A stretch of 64,000 nucleotides of DNA from positions 558,001-622,000 of the forward strand of contig OZ025661.1 in the NCBI GenBank assembly GCA_964019335.1, written 5' to 3'. Below, in pieces: positions 50,201 through 60,419 of this stretch; the stretch's first letter is position 1; each line of letters opens with the position of its first letter. Under the pieces are notes generated by a model, which did not search any database, was not told the origin of the DNA, and worked only from the letters and a program-made list of their open reading frames with translations. The translations under genes and the position numbers were made by a program. This stretch comes from Diplonema japonicum (Eukaryota > Protista > Euglenozoa: Diplonemea).

Positions 50201-53200
50201 GTTCCTGACCACCTCGGCAGCTGTCCTTCCTTTGGTAGGGGGAGTGGTCTGGTGGGCCTCCTGCTGTTCCTTCTTCTTCTCGGGATGTGCCTTCTCCTTC
50301 TTCGGGAGGGTCCGGACAAAGGCCTCCGGGAAGCTGCCTTTAGCGTGGCACCTCAGGAGCCTGTCCCGTATTGGAAGATCGGGAACGGCGGGGGCTCTGA
50401 GGCGACAACCTGCAGGAACATGACCTTTTTGCCGTCGACCCTGGCGTACCTCCTGCCCACCACCCTGGCATTCCAGCCCATGTCCTTCGGGATCACGTCC
50501 GCTTCCTCCTGGCAGACGTGCTATGGGTTTTTTTTAATAATAATAATAAATGTACCACTGTCGTGCGAAGCTATAGGCTGGGGGGGAGGGATAGGCGCAG
50601 GAGGCCTGAAGGGCCTCCTGCAAGTGAAAGGGGGAACAAGAGGGGTTGACAAAATCTTTTGTAAAAGTTTAAAGAAAACCCTCCCACAACTATCCATACG
50701 TACCGAGGCGGGAGGTGGGCAGGCCCGGGGGCTCCCAGCGTTCTCAACTGTGCCCACCTTCAACGTCCCTCGGCATCTCACCAGCCCGCATCGCACAACA
50801 GCACCCTTTGGCCGAACCTCCGGGATTTCAAGGGGTGGGGTACCTCGTCAGTGCTCATAGGCACACCGGCACGGAGGCATCCCCTTCAGCCGGTTTTGTT
50901 GGGCTGTGGAGCCTTTGGAAAATAAAAATGTAAAGAAAACATAACCAGAGAGGAAGAAAGAAGTTGGGGTGCACGACAGGGCAAAAAAAAGGGAAGACAT
51001 GGGGGATGAGAGTACTATTACTAAAAAAGTTTAAATCTACTTCTACTTCTTGCCGGCCCGGCACAGCACGCCTCGCACCCAGCAGCACACGCCACACAGA
51101 CAGACTAGAGCACCTCCACCGCAACCAGTTCTCTTCCAGTGTCCCCGTGCACCCCACCGTCGATCCGTTTGTCTGTACCCAGTTCGGCTACCGATCTGTC
51201 TGGCCTTCCAGTTGCGACAGGGCGGTCATTGCCTGAAGGGCGCCGGGATCAACACTGTGGCCTCCACTTCGCGCGAGACCGGTCTCAGCCTCACGTCTCT
51301 CGGATGGGGTACGCTGGAACACTGGGCGACGCCGCCGCACGCATCACACCACAACACAGCGGAACCAGCACAAACAAACCGTACGCCACTCACCAGCGAC
51401 ACCAGCCACAACCCACCGCTCCTGTTCACCCCACCGTTGTCCGAGTACCTGTACCCAGTTAGCCTGTGTCCTGACTGGCCTTTCAGTTGGGGCAGGACTG
51501 ACAACGCTACAAGGGCGCCGGGAACAACCTGTGGCCTCCACTGTGCGCGAGATCGGTTTCAGCCTCTCGACGCTGGTGGAATGAACAGGAACGGTGGGTG
51601 TCACCGCCGCTGGTGGGCGAAGACCAGTTCTTCTGCAATCAGATGGAGCTGTGGACTCCGCCAACCCGTGCACCTGTTTGGAACAGCCGAAGAGGGCTGA
51701 ATTACTTTAATTCCAAGCCGCGTAGACCTACGTGGCTCGGACGGGGACCTTGACCCCAGTTCGTCGTTTTTCTCAACTGGGACCTCTGGTGACCGGAACT
51801 GGCCCCGGTCGCCCCCTCGAGAGGGATTTGCTCCATTGAGCGAAACATGAAAGGGTGAGAGTAAAATCTCTCAAAATCAAAAGGGGAAGCGAGTGTGCGT
51901 GTGCGCATGGGGATGATAGGGGAAGCATTTGCTCTCCCCGCTGCACTCCGGCTGGCGGGGGGAGGGGATGGCCGTACCACACTCGTTCGTGCGAAGATGA
52001 GAGGACTCATCTGGGCAACTTCAGAGTAGGCCGGGCCATCCGTTTTTGACTACAATGTCAGGGCACACGATAACAAGAGGATGTTAATTTTAAAAATTTA
52101 AAAGTTTAAAGGGGGACGGGCATACTGGTAAGAGAAAGGCCAGACGCCGGATGATGATAAAGAAAAGGATGAGAGGGAGTGGAAGAGAGGGGAAGGGAAC
52201 GTAAGCACTAAAAGAATTGAAATGTTGATCTCACCCTACTCACTTCAGCGCAACACGGGGGCCGCAGGGCCGGCGTCAAGGGAGACAGCCGGCGGGATGA
52301 GCGAAGGGGCAGCGGTACCAAAGAAGAGAGCGGAGTGCCCTACCCTCAGCCGCGAGATGACCGTCTCCGCTAGCCTGGGGAGGGACTGGGGGAAGCACGC
52401 CGCTCGGAGCCCCGTGGCCCTCGCGTACCTCGGGGCCACCTCCCCGACAATGACCGCAGACCTCTGCTGAATCTGGCGACGGACCAGGGCCCTGACCGAC
52501 CTGTAGTCGAGAGAGGGGCGAGTCAGCTCGCGCTTCGTGCCCTCCCCGGCCAGCCTGTCTGCCGCCTCGTTGCCAGGAACCCCGCAGTGGGACGGCACAA
52601 ACTGGAGAATGACTGGTGCACCTTGTGCACGTGCCGCGGCCACCAGCAGTTCCCAGGTCTCGTGGTCGAGCCTCTCCCTCTGCCGCGAAGGACCTGCCCT
52701 CAGCTGATCAAGGAGAGAGAGCGAGTCGGTACAGATCGACAGCCGGCTGTCTGCCAACGTGGGGTGCTCGCTCCGGAGCGCGGCCACCATGTCCAGAGCC
52801 ACCTTGACAGCCAGACCCTCCGCCCGAAAGGAAGAGCAGAAATTGCTGACGCCGAAGCTCTCGGACACGGGTTCGTGGGGGCGGGGGAGCTGCAAGAAGA
52901 CCCCGGCACCGCCCCTCCACCTCTGGCGGTCCCGTACGACAGAACCATCCGTATAGGCATGGATACCCGGTGGAAGGGCAGCCAGAGCCTCCACGGCCGC
53001 CTTCCGCTTATCCACGTCCGGCGACGAACGCGTGACCCTGCCGGGAAGGGCAGTTCTGAACTCCACCAGGAACGCGTGCCACGGTGCTACTTTGGGCGAG
53101 GCAGTCAGTAGCTCGAAGGTGTCGTACTTCCTGAAGCCTTCCTGCGTCGTCCACCCCTGCAGTCCGCAGCGTCGTAGCGCAAGGATACCCGCACGCAGCC

Positions 53201-54331
53201 ACCCATTGCCCATACCGGTCATCCGCTTCTGCTCAAGGACCTCGCGGTGAACCGGGGAGGTCCTCCAGCAGAACGACTTCGCCGTCAACACCGCCGCAGC
53301 TCCATCAGCCATCTGTCGGAGGGGTAGCAGACCTGCCTCAGCAACAACCTTCGCCGTGCCCGAGCCGTGCCAACAACCCGAGATCAGCACCGCCGCTCTC
53401 TGGTGGAGCCCAACAAGCTCCTCCACCCTGCTGTCCCTGAGCCTGGCAAAGTAAACACCCATGCAGTACCGGAGTAGCGGGAGAACGTACGTGAGGTACA
53501 GAGATCGGAGCGTGGCCTTCTTGCACCCCCAGGTCGTGCCCGACAGGAGCCTTAGTACCCTCAGCCTCTTGTCAGCGCGCCTCAGGACATCCCCCGCATG
53601 CTCGTCAAACGTGAGCCCAGAGTCTACAGTGACCCCAAGATACTTCGCCGACCCACATAGAGGCAAGGGGCGAGCCGCCATGTAACCAATGTCGGACCTC
53701 CGGATGGCGGCGGGAATGTCGAAGGACCGTTTGCCACCCGCCTCCACGACCCGAAAGCCAGACAGCTCACGGACGCCAGACAAGGTCCCACAGGCCCCAA
53801 CCCCAAGATTAAGGACAGGGTCCTGGAAGGCCCCCGGGCAAAGCGGGACACGCGACGAAGAGAAGTAGACATTAAGCCGCTTCTGATAGGGAACGCACAC
53901 TGGGTTTTTTGGCCCGTGACATAAAACTTTGAAAATCAAATTGCTTAATTGATGGATGTACGATATTCGTAAATTATGAGGCTCGCTGACCCTCATTGGC
54001 AAGATGGCCGAGCGGTCTAAGGCGCTACGTTCAGGTCGTAGTCTCTTCGGGGGCGTGGGTTCAAACCCCACTCTTGTCATTTTTTAAACATCACATTTTT
54101 TCCACCCAGAGGGAATGTACCACCTGTATGCCATTACAAACCACTATGGCTCCAGTGGAGGGGGACATTACACTGCTTACGCACAAGTAAACAACCGGTG
54201 GAAGGCATTTGACGATTCTTACGTCTCTGAGATGAAGGTATGTCAATGAGAAATGGGAGAGAAATAACTAGGAGGCCCCGTGTTCGCAAGCTGCGAAGTC
54301 GGCTTATGTACTGTTTTATGAGCTTCATTAA
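44260..54331 (+). CDS. Ubiquitin-specific protease (C19) with N-terminal PH and EF-hand domains, 4 exons
   Basis: Exons 44260-46394, 46553-46617, 54110-54237, 54272-54331 splice in phase. Cys box [23 protein letters not shown]; His box [28 protein letters not shown] hands DTDRDGYLS and DSNRDGRVE. Confidence 0.88.
46857..46929 (-). tRNA. tRNA-Val(CAC), atypical (C33, G1:U72, G5:U68)
   Basis: Reverse complement gcacgtgtcgtctagtggttaggacgctcgccccacacgcgagagatcgtcggttcaatcccgaccatgtgta folds as a cloverleaf and is followed by a T-run. Confidence 0.85.
47031..50520 (-). mobile_element. Non-LTR retrotransposon (ingi/I-like): truncated ORF1 + APE endonuclease + RT
   Basis: APE: VTWNCN, IQETK, GDFNAHH, LDL, SDH. 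RT: [34 protein letters not shown]2 probably starts at the ATG at ~49957 with a 1-nt frameshift. No RNase H in this copy. Confidence 0.93.
52245..53900 (-). mobile_element. 5'-truncated non-LTR retrotransposon: RT C-terminus + RNase H
   Basis: [51 protein letters not shown]. Related to, but diverged from, the 47-50 kb element. Confidence 0.9.
53998..54079 (+). tRNA. tRNA-Leu(CAG), second identical copy
   Basis: Same sequence as 39536-39617; also shares about 25 nt of upstream flank (ggctcgctgaccctcatt). Confidence 0.96.
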
Positions 54332-55430
54332 AAAGGGTCTGTGCTAAAGAAAAAGAAAGGAAGAAGAAGAAAAGGAGGTGAAAAATAAAGAATGCACAGA
54401 TTCAAGTGCAGATTTTTTTTTTTTTTTTCAAACCGGCTATTTACACTTTTTCTTCCAAGAAAGAAGCGGGGAAAAAAAAAAAGTGACACCCTGGGCTGCT
54501 TCCTAAAAACAGCAAATTCTTGTACTATTATTCTTTCCCCCCTTTTCTTTTTTACTTCAATTTGTTCCCCTTTACAGAGAAGGCGCCTGCAAGGAAAATG
54601 AAAAAAAAAAGGAAGAAAAAAGGGAAAAGGGAGTAACCGTTCTTCCTAGCAATCTTCCCCTTAAAACACCTTCCCCCCTTTCTTCCAATACCTCTTTCCT
54701 TCTTTCTTTCACCCATGGGGGCGGGTTTTCTATTTTATTTCAGTCAGCCTTTCTTTACCTATTTTCACTTTTCTTTGTTTTTTTTCCATTTCTTGTTAGT
54801 TTTTTTTTTCTCTTTTCTTTTTCTTTCCTTGCTCTCTTTGAGGAGGGGAGTCTTTGTGGTTAGAGAAACTTATTGATTTTTTTTTTTTTTTTTTTTTGGT
54901 CATGTGTAAAATCAAAAGAAGGAGGGTAGAGGAGGAGGGGGAAAAAAAAAACAATATCCGTGTCACTATAAAGACTTTCTTCCCCTTTTTTATTTTTATT
55001 TTTTTGTTCATGTCGCTGGTGGGCACTCCCCATCACAACTCTTATCTACCTTTCACAAAAAAAAGGGGTACTCAACTGGAAACAAAAAGAGGTCTTTCCC
55101 CCCCCCCTCTTTTTTTTTCTTGTATCCCATTCTTCGGTACACATTGCACCCTCATGCACACTGAAATTTTATCGAGTTCCCCCCCCCCTTTTTTTTGGAT
55201 CTCCTGTCGCACATTGCAGGTTTCCCTTCAAAGACACCTTCCCCCCGCCCCCCCCCCCCTCCACTGTACCCTTATTCTTTCCCATCCATTTTTTCTTCTT
55301 CTTATTTGCATTACGTTTACAATCCCCCCCCTCCTCCTCGCCCCACTTATGTTTCTTATTCTTTCTTTTGTTCTTATTTGTTTATATGTAATAACTATAG
55401 CACCTTCGAAGAGGGGGATAAGAACAAGAA

Positions 55431-55731
55431 ATGGCTGACCACCAAGCGACTGTTGACAAGGAGTGCGAGCAGATGAAAAAGGACATTATGAGACTGGGCA
55501 CCAAGGGTGCTGATGGGAAGTTTATGGTGAAGTTCGGGCCACTCTTTGATGACGAAGCAGGCCAGCAGTACTATGAGGCCATTGTGGGTACTCTCAAGGC
55601 GGCCAAGAAGAAGGGCATCTTGACTTTCGAAGGACAGATGCTGTTAAAGGTACGTAGGAAAAGAGAAGAAAAAAAAAAAACCCCAGGGCGCACACGACGA
55701 TGTTGAGATTAAACTTCTCATTGAGAACTAA
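55431..55731 (+). CDS. ABRACL: Costars-family protein (ABRACL), 2 exons
   Basis: VKFGPLFDD...EAIVGTLKAAKKKGILTFEGQMLLK|GAHDDVEI; 37-nt intron 55650-55686. Confidence 0.92.
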
Positions 55732-55967
55732 TAAAAAAAAAAATAGTGGTTTTCTTTTTTTTTTTTCTCTCTTTTTTTCCTCCTCTTTCCCATTACTGTT
55801 TTTTTTTTTTTTCTTTTTCCTTTTTCTTTTTTTTTCTTTCTGTTGCACACCCCTTTTACTATAAGGTGTCTTCTTGGTTTTTTTTTTAAGGTTTTCTTCC
55901 ACCCCCCCCCTCTCACACACCCGTTGTTCAAAAAAAAAAGAAGAGAATTTACACTAAAATAAACAAC

Positions 55968-56528
55968 ATGTTCGCAGTTGCATTTGTAGCAGCAACCCTA
56001 GTCGGGTTGGGGGTTGACATCAAAGGGCACAAGTGCGATGCCTGTCTGGTTCTGTGCAGAGAGCTGGAAATTTTAGTGAAGAAGGGAAAACCAGAAGGGG
56101 TGTACACAGAGGTGTGGATAGAAGACATAAAGGAAAGAGCAATAGAGCAAGCCGTAACAGGTTGGACATGGAGCCAAGGTAAGGGAAAGGAAGTGGGGAG
56201 GTACAAGAGCTTCAAGGAGCTGATGGAGCAGTACAGAGACGTACCGGACGCGAAAAGAATGCTGGAGGAGAAATCGACCGCGGGCGCAAGGAGAAAAGAC
56301 ACAAAGAGAATGCTCCTCCTTCAAGGCATTCTCGACGAAGAAGAGGACAGTCTGGAACCCTTCCTCGCTGTCAAACCCCCGCCTTCTCTTTTCAACAAAC
56401 TCTCAAACACCCTGTGCAAGACCCTGTGCAGCACAGAGAGACTCACCGACGATACCTACCCTTCAAAATCCCTCCTAGACATTATTAAAGGCCAGGACAC
56501 AGGTGATGACGATTGGGCCACGTTTTAA
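55968..56528 (+). CDS. Secretory-pathway saposin-like protein (Canopy/DUF3456-like)
   Basis: Signal peptide, KCDACLVLCRELE at the N-terminus and LCKTLC near the C-terminus. Confidence 0.55.
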   Translation: MFAVAFVAATLVGLGVDIKGHKCDACLVLCRELEILVKKGKPEGVYTEVWIEDIKERAIEQAVTGWTWSQGKGKEVGRYKSFKELMEQYRDVPDAKRMLEEKSTAGARRKDTKRMLLLQGILDEEEDSLEPFLAVKPPPSLFNKLSNTLCKTLCSTERLTDDTYPSKSLLDIIKGQDTGDDDWATF

Positions 56529-56592
56529 TTTTTTTTATTACCTCTCTTTTTGTTTTCTTCTAACTTTAACTCTACAAGGAGGGAGGGGAAGG

Positions 56593-57990
56593 ATGTCACG
56601 GCATGCAGTCACGGGGGCTCAAATAGACCAGCTCATGTCTGCGATGATGTGTGAAATATGCGAAACCATGCTGAGCGACCCTGTGGCGCTGCCTTGCGGG
56701 CATGTATTTTGTTTGGAGTGCATCCACCCAGTGGCGCATGCAGCGAAGGGGGGGAAGTGCCCCGAGTGCACGCTCCCGTTGGCCCCGCCACAGTTGAGAA
56801 AATGCCAGTTGTTGGAGGACCTTTGCGCATCGTTGACACGCCTGCACAAGCGATGCGGGACGCCTGGAACGCCCAAGGTTGCCGCCGCATCGCCCACACC
56901 CCCCAAGACCCCCGAGGTTCTCGTCCGGGACAACGAAGGTTTTGCTATCCCACCGAAACCGTTCCTGTCGCCTTCTAAGGGGTCCGCAACACCGACAAAA
57001 CGGCGGCTCTCCACTGTCTCGCCAGAGCTCAAACCGGTTCCATCCCCATCGTCACACATCTGGAGTTCCATCATGACAGGCCTCGGGTCGCCTTGGGACG
57101 TTAGTTACAGAGAGTTGTTGAAGGTGTACTCGCAAGAGTCCTTGCAGGAGGTGCGGGAGATCGACGACAAGCTGAAACGGTACGCGGAACAACTTTCCGA
57201 GCACGGGATTTGCCTCTCGCCCACAAAAACACCGATTTTGAAGAGAAAACACGCGGAGATCGTGGACGAGACCGGCAGCGACAGCGAAAGCGTGACAGAG
57301 GAAGAACAAGGTTCACAACGGCAACAACCAATAAAGCTTCAGAAAGCGCTCGCGATCGTGGTCGCAACGAGCGGGCTTGCCGTGGTCGAACGGGCGAAGG
57401 TTTCAGAGATATGCGAGGAAAAAGGAATAGGATACACGGAGGCGAACGAGTTGGAACAGGCAGCGGTTACACATTTGGTCACATTCGACCCCGCTCCCCG
57501 AACGCTGAAATACTGCCTTGCCTTGGCGTTGGGCTTGTGGATTGTGGACGTGAAGTGGTTGCAAGACTCCGGTTCGTTTCCGCCCGATGAAATCTCTTTT
57601 GAGGTAAAAGGCGACACCGGCAAGGCCTCGGCGCTCACCCTCGCCCCGCTTCTCTCCAGGAAGGCAAAGGCCTCCCGATCCGTTTCCGAACCAACCTTCA
57701 CCCACAACTCCATCAACTACGCCTCCTCCCTCCTCCTCGGTGCCTCCGTCACCCTCCTCGGAAGCTTCAACATCATACCTAAGCCCGATGTCGCCCTCCT
57801 CTGCACCTACCTCGGGGCGGTCATATTAGAAGAGCCTGCCGATGATGCGCTCAACGTGATCGTGTGCGAAGGGAAGACAGCGGCGGTGGAGGCGAGAGAG
57901 AGGAAAGCGGAGCTGAAGACAGAGAACGTGATTGAGATTCGAAGCTTGCTCGGGGCGGTTTGTAAGTGGTCGCTGCCTTTGGTGAGGTAG
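56593..57990 (+). CDS. RING (C3HC4) + tandem BRCT protein, BRCA1/BARD1-like
   Basis: CEIC...PCGHVFCLEC...CPEC; BRCT THLV...RTLKYCLAL..GLWIV..KW plus a second degenerate BRCT. Confidence 0.82.
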   Translation: MSRHAVTGAQIDQLMSAMMCEICETMLSDPVALPCGHVFCLECIHPVAHAAKGGKCPECTLPLAPPQLRKCQLLEDLCASLTRLHKRCGTPGTPKVAAASPTPPKTPEVLVRDNEGFAIPPKPFLSPSKGSATPTKRRLSTVSPELKPVPSPSSHIWSSIMTGLGSPWDVSYRELLKVYSQESLQEVREIDDKLKRYAEQLSEHGICLSPTKTPILKRKHAEIVDETGSDSESVTEEEQGSQRQQPIKLQKALAIVVATSGLAVVERAKVSEICEEKGIGYTEANELEQAAVTHLVTFDPAPRTLKYCLALALGLWIVDVKWLQDSGSFPPDEISFEVKGDTGKASALTLAPLLSRKAKASRSVSEPTFTHNSINYASSLLLGASVTLLGSFNIIPKPDVALLCTYLGAVILEEPADDALNVIVCEGKTAAVEARERKAELKTENVIEIRSLLGAVCKWSLPLVR

Positions 57991-58184
57991 AATTTTCAAT
58001 AGAGTGTTCTTCTTTGTTTTTTTTTTTTTTTTTTTTTTTTTTTGCTTTTTCATTTTATCTCAATTTGTACCTTTCTCTTTATTTATTTATTTTTATTTTT
58101 ATTTTTTTTTTTTTTTTTCGCAGATACCAGCAAAACCATCTTCACAAAGAAAAGGAAGAAAAAGAAAAGGAAAAAAAAAAAAAA

Positions 58185-59123
58185 ATGACCGCCCCAACAT
58201 CGAAACGAAGATTTTTCGACATTGCAGTGAACTTCACTGATGGGATGTTCCGAGGGGAGTACAGGGGTAAGCAGGTGCACCCGGATGACAGGGAGTGGGT
58301 CATCAAACGGTCAATAGAGACGGGTGTCGACAAGTGGATGATAACAGGAGGGAACCTGCAGGAAAGCAAGGAAGCCCTGGCGATCTGCAAAGAATGGAAG
58401 GGGAAGGGCGTTGAAATGCGGTGCACAGTTGGGTGCCACCCGACACGCTGTGGGGAGTTTGAGACAGGGGAAACCACCATGGAGGGCCTCGAGGAAATAA
58501 TCCAAGAAGGCCTCAAGGAAGGCCTCGTCGCAGCTGTTGGTGAGTGCGGGCTCGACTACGACAGACTGGAGTTTTGCGACAAGGAGACCCAGAAAAAATG
58601 GTTCCCCAAACAGTTGGAACTGGCTAAGAAGTATAACCTTCCTTTGTTCCTCCACAACAGAAACACAGATGGCGACTTTGCCACCGTTCTGGAGGCCCAC
58701 AAGGACCTTCTAACTAAGGGTTCGTGTGCCCACTCCTTCACAGGAACGCTTCCGGAGCTTCACACTCTTTTATCAATCGACACTGTTTTGTTCATAGGAA
58801 TCAACGGGTGCTCGCTTCGCTCCTCAGAAAGCGCTGAAGTCATCAAAAACCTGCCGTTCTCCAGAATGCTTCTTGAGACCGATGCACCTTGGTGCGACAT
58901 TCGTGCCACGCACCCAGGCCACGGGTTCGTCAAGACCACCTTCCCTGTTGTGAAATCCGAGAAAAAATACTCGCCTGGAATGACCGTGAAGAGCAGACAG
59001 GAGCCTTGCCACATGACACAAGTATTCGAAGTGGTGTGCGGGTACAAGGAAATCGAGGATGAAAACGAACGCGACGAAGCTGCAAAAACCATTTATGAGA
59101 ACGCTAGCAAGTTGTACTTTTGA
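58185..59123 (+). CDS. TATDN1: TatD-family DNase
   Basis: DIAVNFTDGMFRG, TVGCHPT, GECGLDYDR, LPLFLH, HSFTG, GINGCSL, ETDAPWC. Confidence 0.95.
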   Translation: MTAPTSKRRFFDIAVNFTDGMFRGEYRGKQVHPDDREWVIKRSIETGVDKWMITGGNLQESKEALAICKEWKGKGVEMRCTVGCHPTRCGEFETGETTMEGLEEIIQEGLKEGLVAAVGECGLDYDRLEFCDKETQKKWFPKQLELAKKYNLPLFLHNRNTDGDFATVLEAHKDLLTKGSCAHSFTGTLPELHTLLSIDTVLFIGINGCSLRSSESAEVIKNLPFSRMLLETDAPWCDIRATHPGHGFVKTTFPVVKSEKKYSPGMTVKSRQEPCHMTQVFEVVCGYKEIEDENERDEAAKTIYENASKLYF

Positions 59124-59463
59124 GGGAGTCGGGGTGGGGGAGGGAGAAAGTGTCAGGTGGTGAGTTTATTTTGTTGTACACGTGATTTTTTTTTCTTTTT
59201 TTTTTTTCCCATTTCCATTTTAATCTTCCAACCTCGAAGAGGATGGGCTTCCTCTTCAGTCTGCTTGTACTCAGATAGCTGTAGGATCTTCAGTTCCTCC
59301 AACTTCATCTCTTCCATCTCTCGGCCTTCGCCCCAGGTGTGATGTCCTGCACTTGTCCGCAGATTCGAAACATGGTCCTGAGCATATTCCTGCTTTTTTT
59401 TTTTGTTGAGTCGGTTTAAGTCTGGAATTTGAACTAGGGAAAAAAAAAAGTGAGAAAAAAAAA

Positions 59464-59868
59464 ATGAGTATCAGTATACCTATCAGACTGCTTCATGAGG
59501 CGGAAGGACACACAGTGACAGTGGAGATGCTCACGGGTGAGGTGTGATCAAGGGAAGAAGAAAAAAAAAAAAAAAAAAACAGCTGTACAGAGGCTTTCTT
59601 ACCGATGCTGAAGATAACATGAACATAAAACTGAGCTCTCTTACGATGACAAAGAGGGATGGCCAAACTGTGACAATGGAACAGGTGTGGGATATGATGG
59701 AGAAAAAAAAAAGTGGGGGAAAAAAAAACACAGGTGTTCCTCCGAGGGTCCAAAATACGGTTTTTCATCCTTCCTGACATGCTTCAAAATGCACCCATGT
59801 TCAAAAATATCGGTGAGGGCGGCCGTGGAAGGGGTGTTGGGCTGAACCCCAACAGGAAGTATGTGTAA
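59464..59868 (+). CDS. SNRPD3: Small nuclear ribonucleoprotein Sm D3, 3 exons
   Basis: Exons 59464-59541, 59583-59684, 59734-59868 give [19 protein letters not shown]...LYRG...EDNMN...[24 protein letters not shown]. Confidence 0.95.
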
Positions 59869-60302
59869 TTTTTTTTTTTTAAAAACCTTTTTCACACACT
59901 GTACAGAATGTAAGAAAAAAAAATGTAAGTAAACCAGAGTAAAAAGTTTTTTAAAAAAAAAACATGAAGGGGGAAGGGGTAAAGTTATATAAAAGAGTAT
60001 CACACCCTGTTTCTTTTTCTACCTGTTGATGCTTGACAGGTGAGAGGGTGAAGAGGAGATAGTTTTTTTTTTTCAATACTGATTAATCGAAGGTAGGAGG
60101 GGGAGGAAGCAGTTTTATAACTTAAGAGTGAGAGTGTGACCCCCAAGATAGGGGGGAAAAAAGTGTCAAAAATAACTCCTTACCCCGTTAAAAAAAAAAG
60201 AAAAAGAAAATTTGCTTCCCTCTCCCCCCCCCTTTCCCTGCCGTTTTATTTCACAAAAAAAAAACATCAAAAAAAAAAAAATGAAAAAAATTTCTCCTCG
60301 TT

Positions 60303-60333
<31 letters not shown>

Positions 60334-60419
60334 GTTGGTGTTGTTGGTATTGCTTTCTTTTCTTTTTTTTTTTTTTTTTTTACCACCTCTCCAGCTGCCC
60401 ATAAACTTAAAATTGACCC

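Noticed and set aside
53900-54080. N-terminus of the 611-aa minus ORF ([27 protein letters not shown])
   Set aside because: It is the antisense reading of tRNA-Leu, not part of the retrotransposon protein.
59180-59395. Coding-like minus-strand stretch (EYAQDHVSNLRTSAGHHTWGEGREMEE...)
   Set aside because: Short, with no recognisable homology or supported gene structure.
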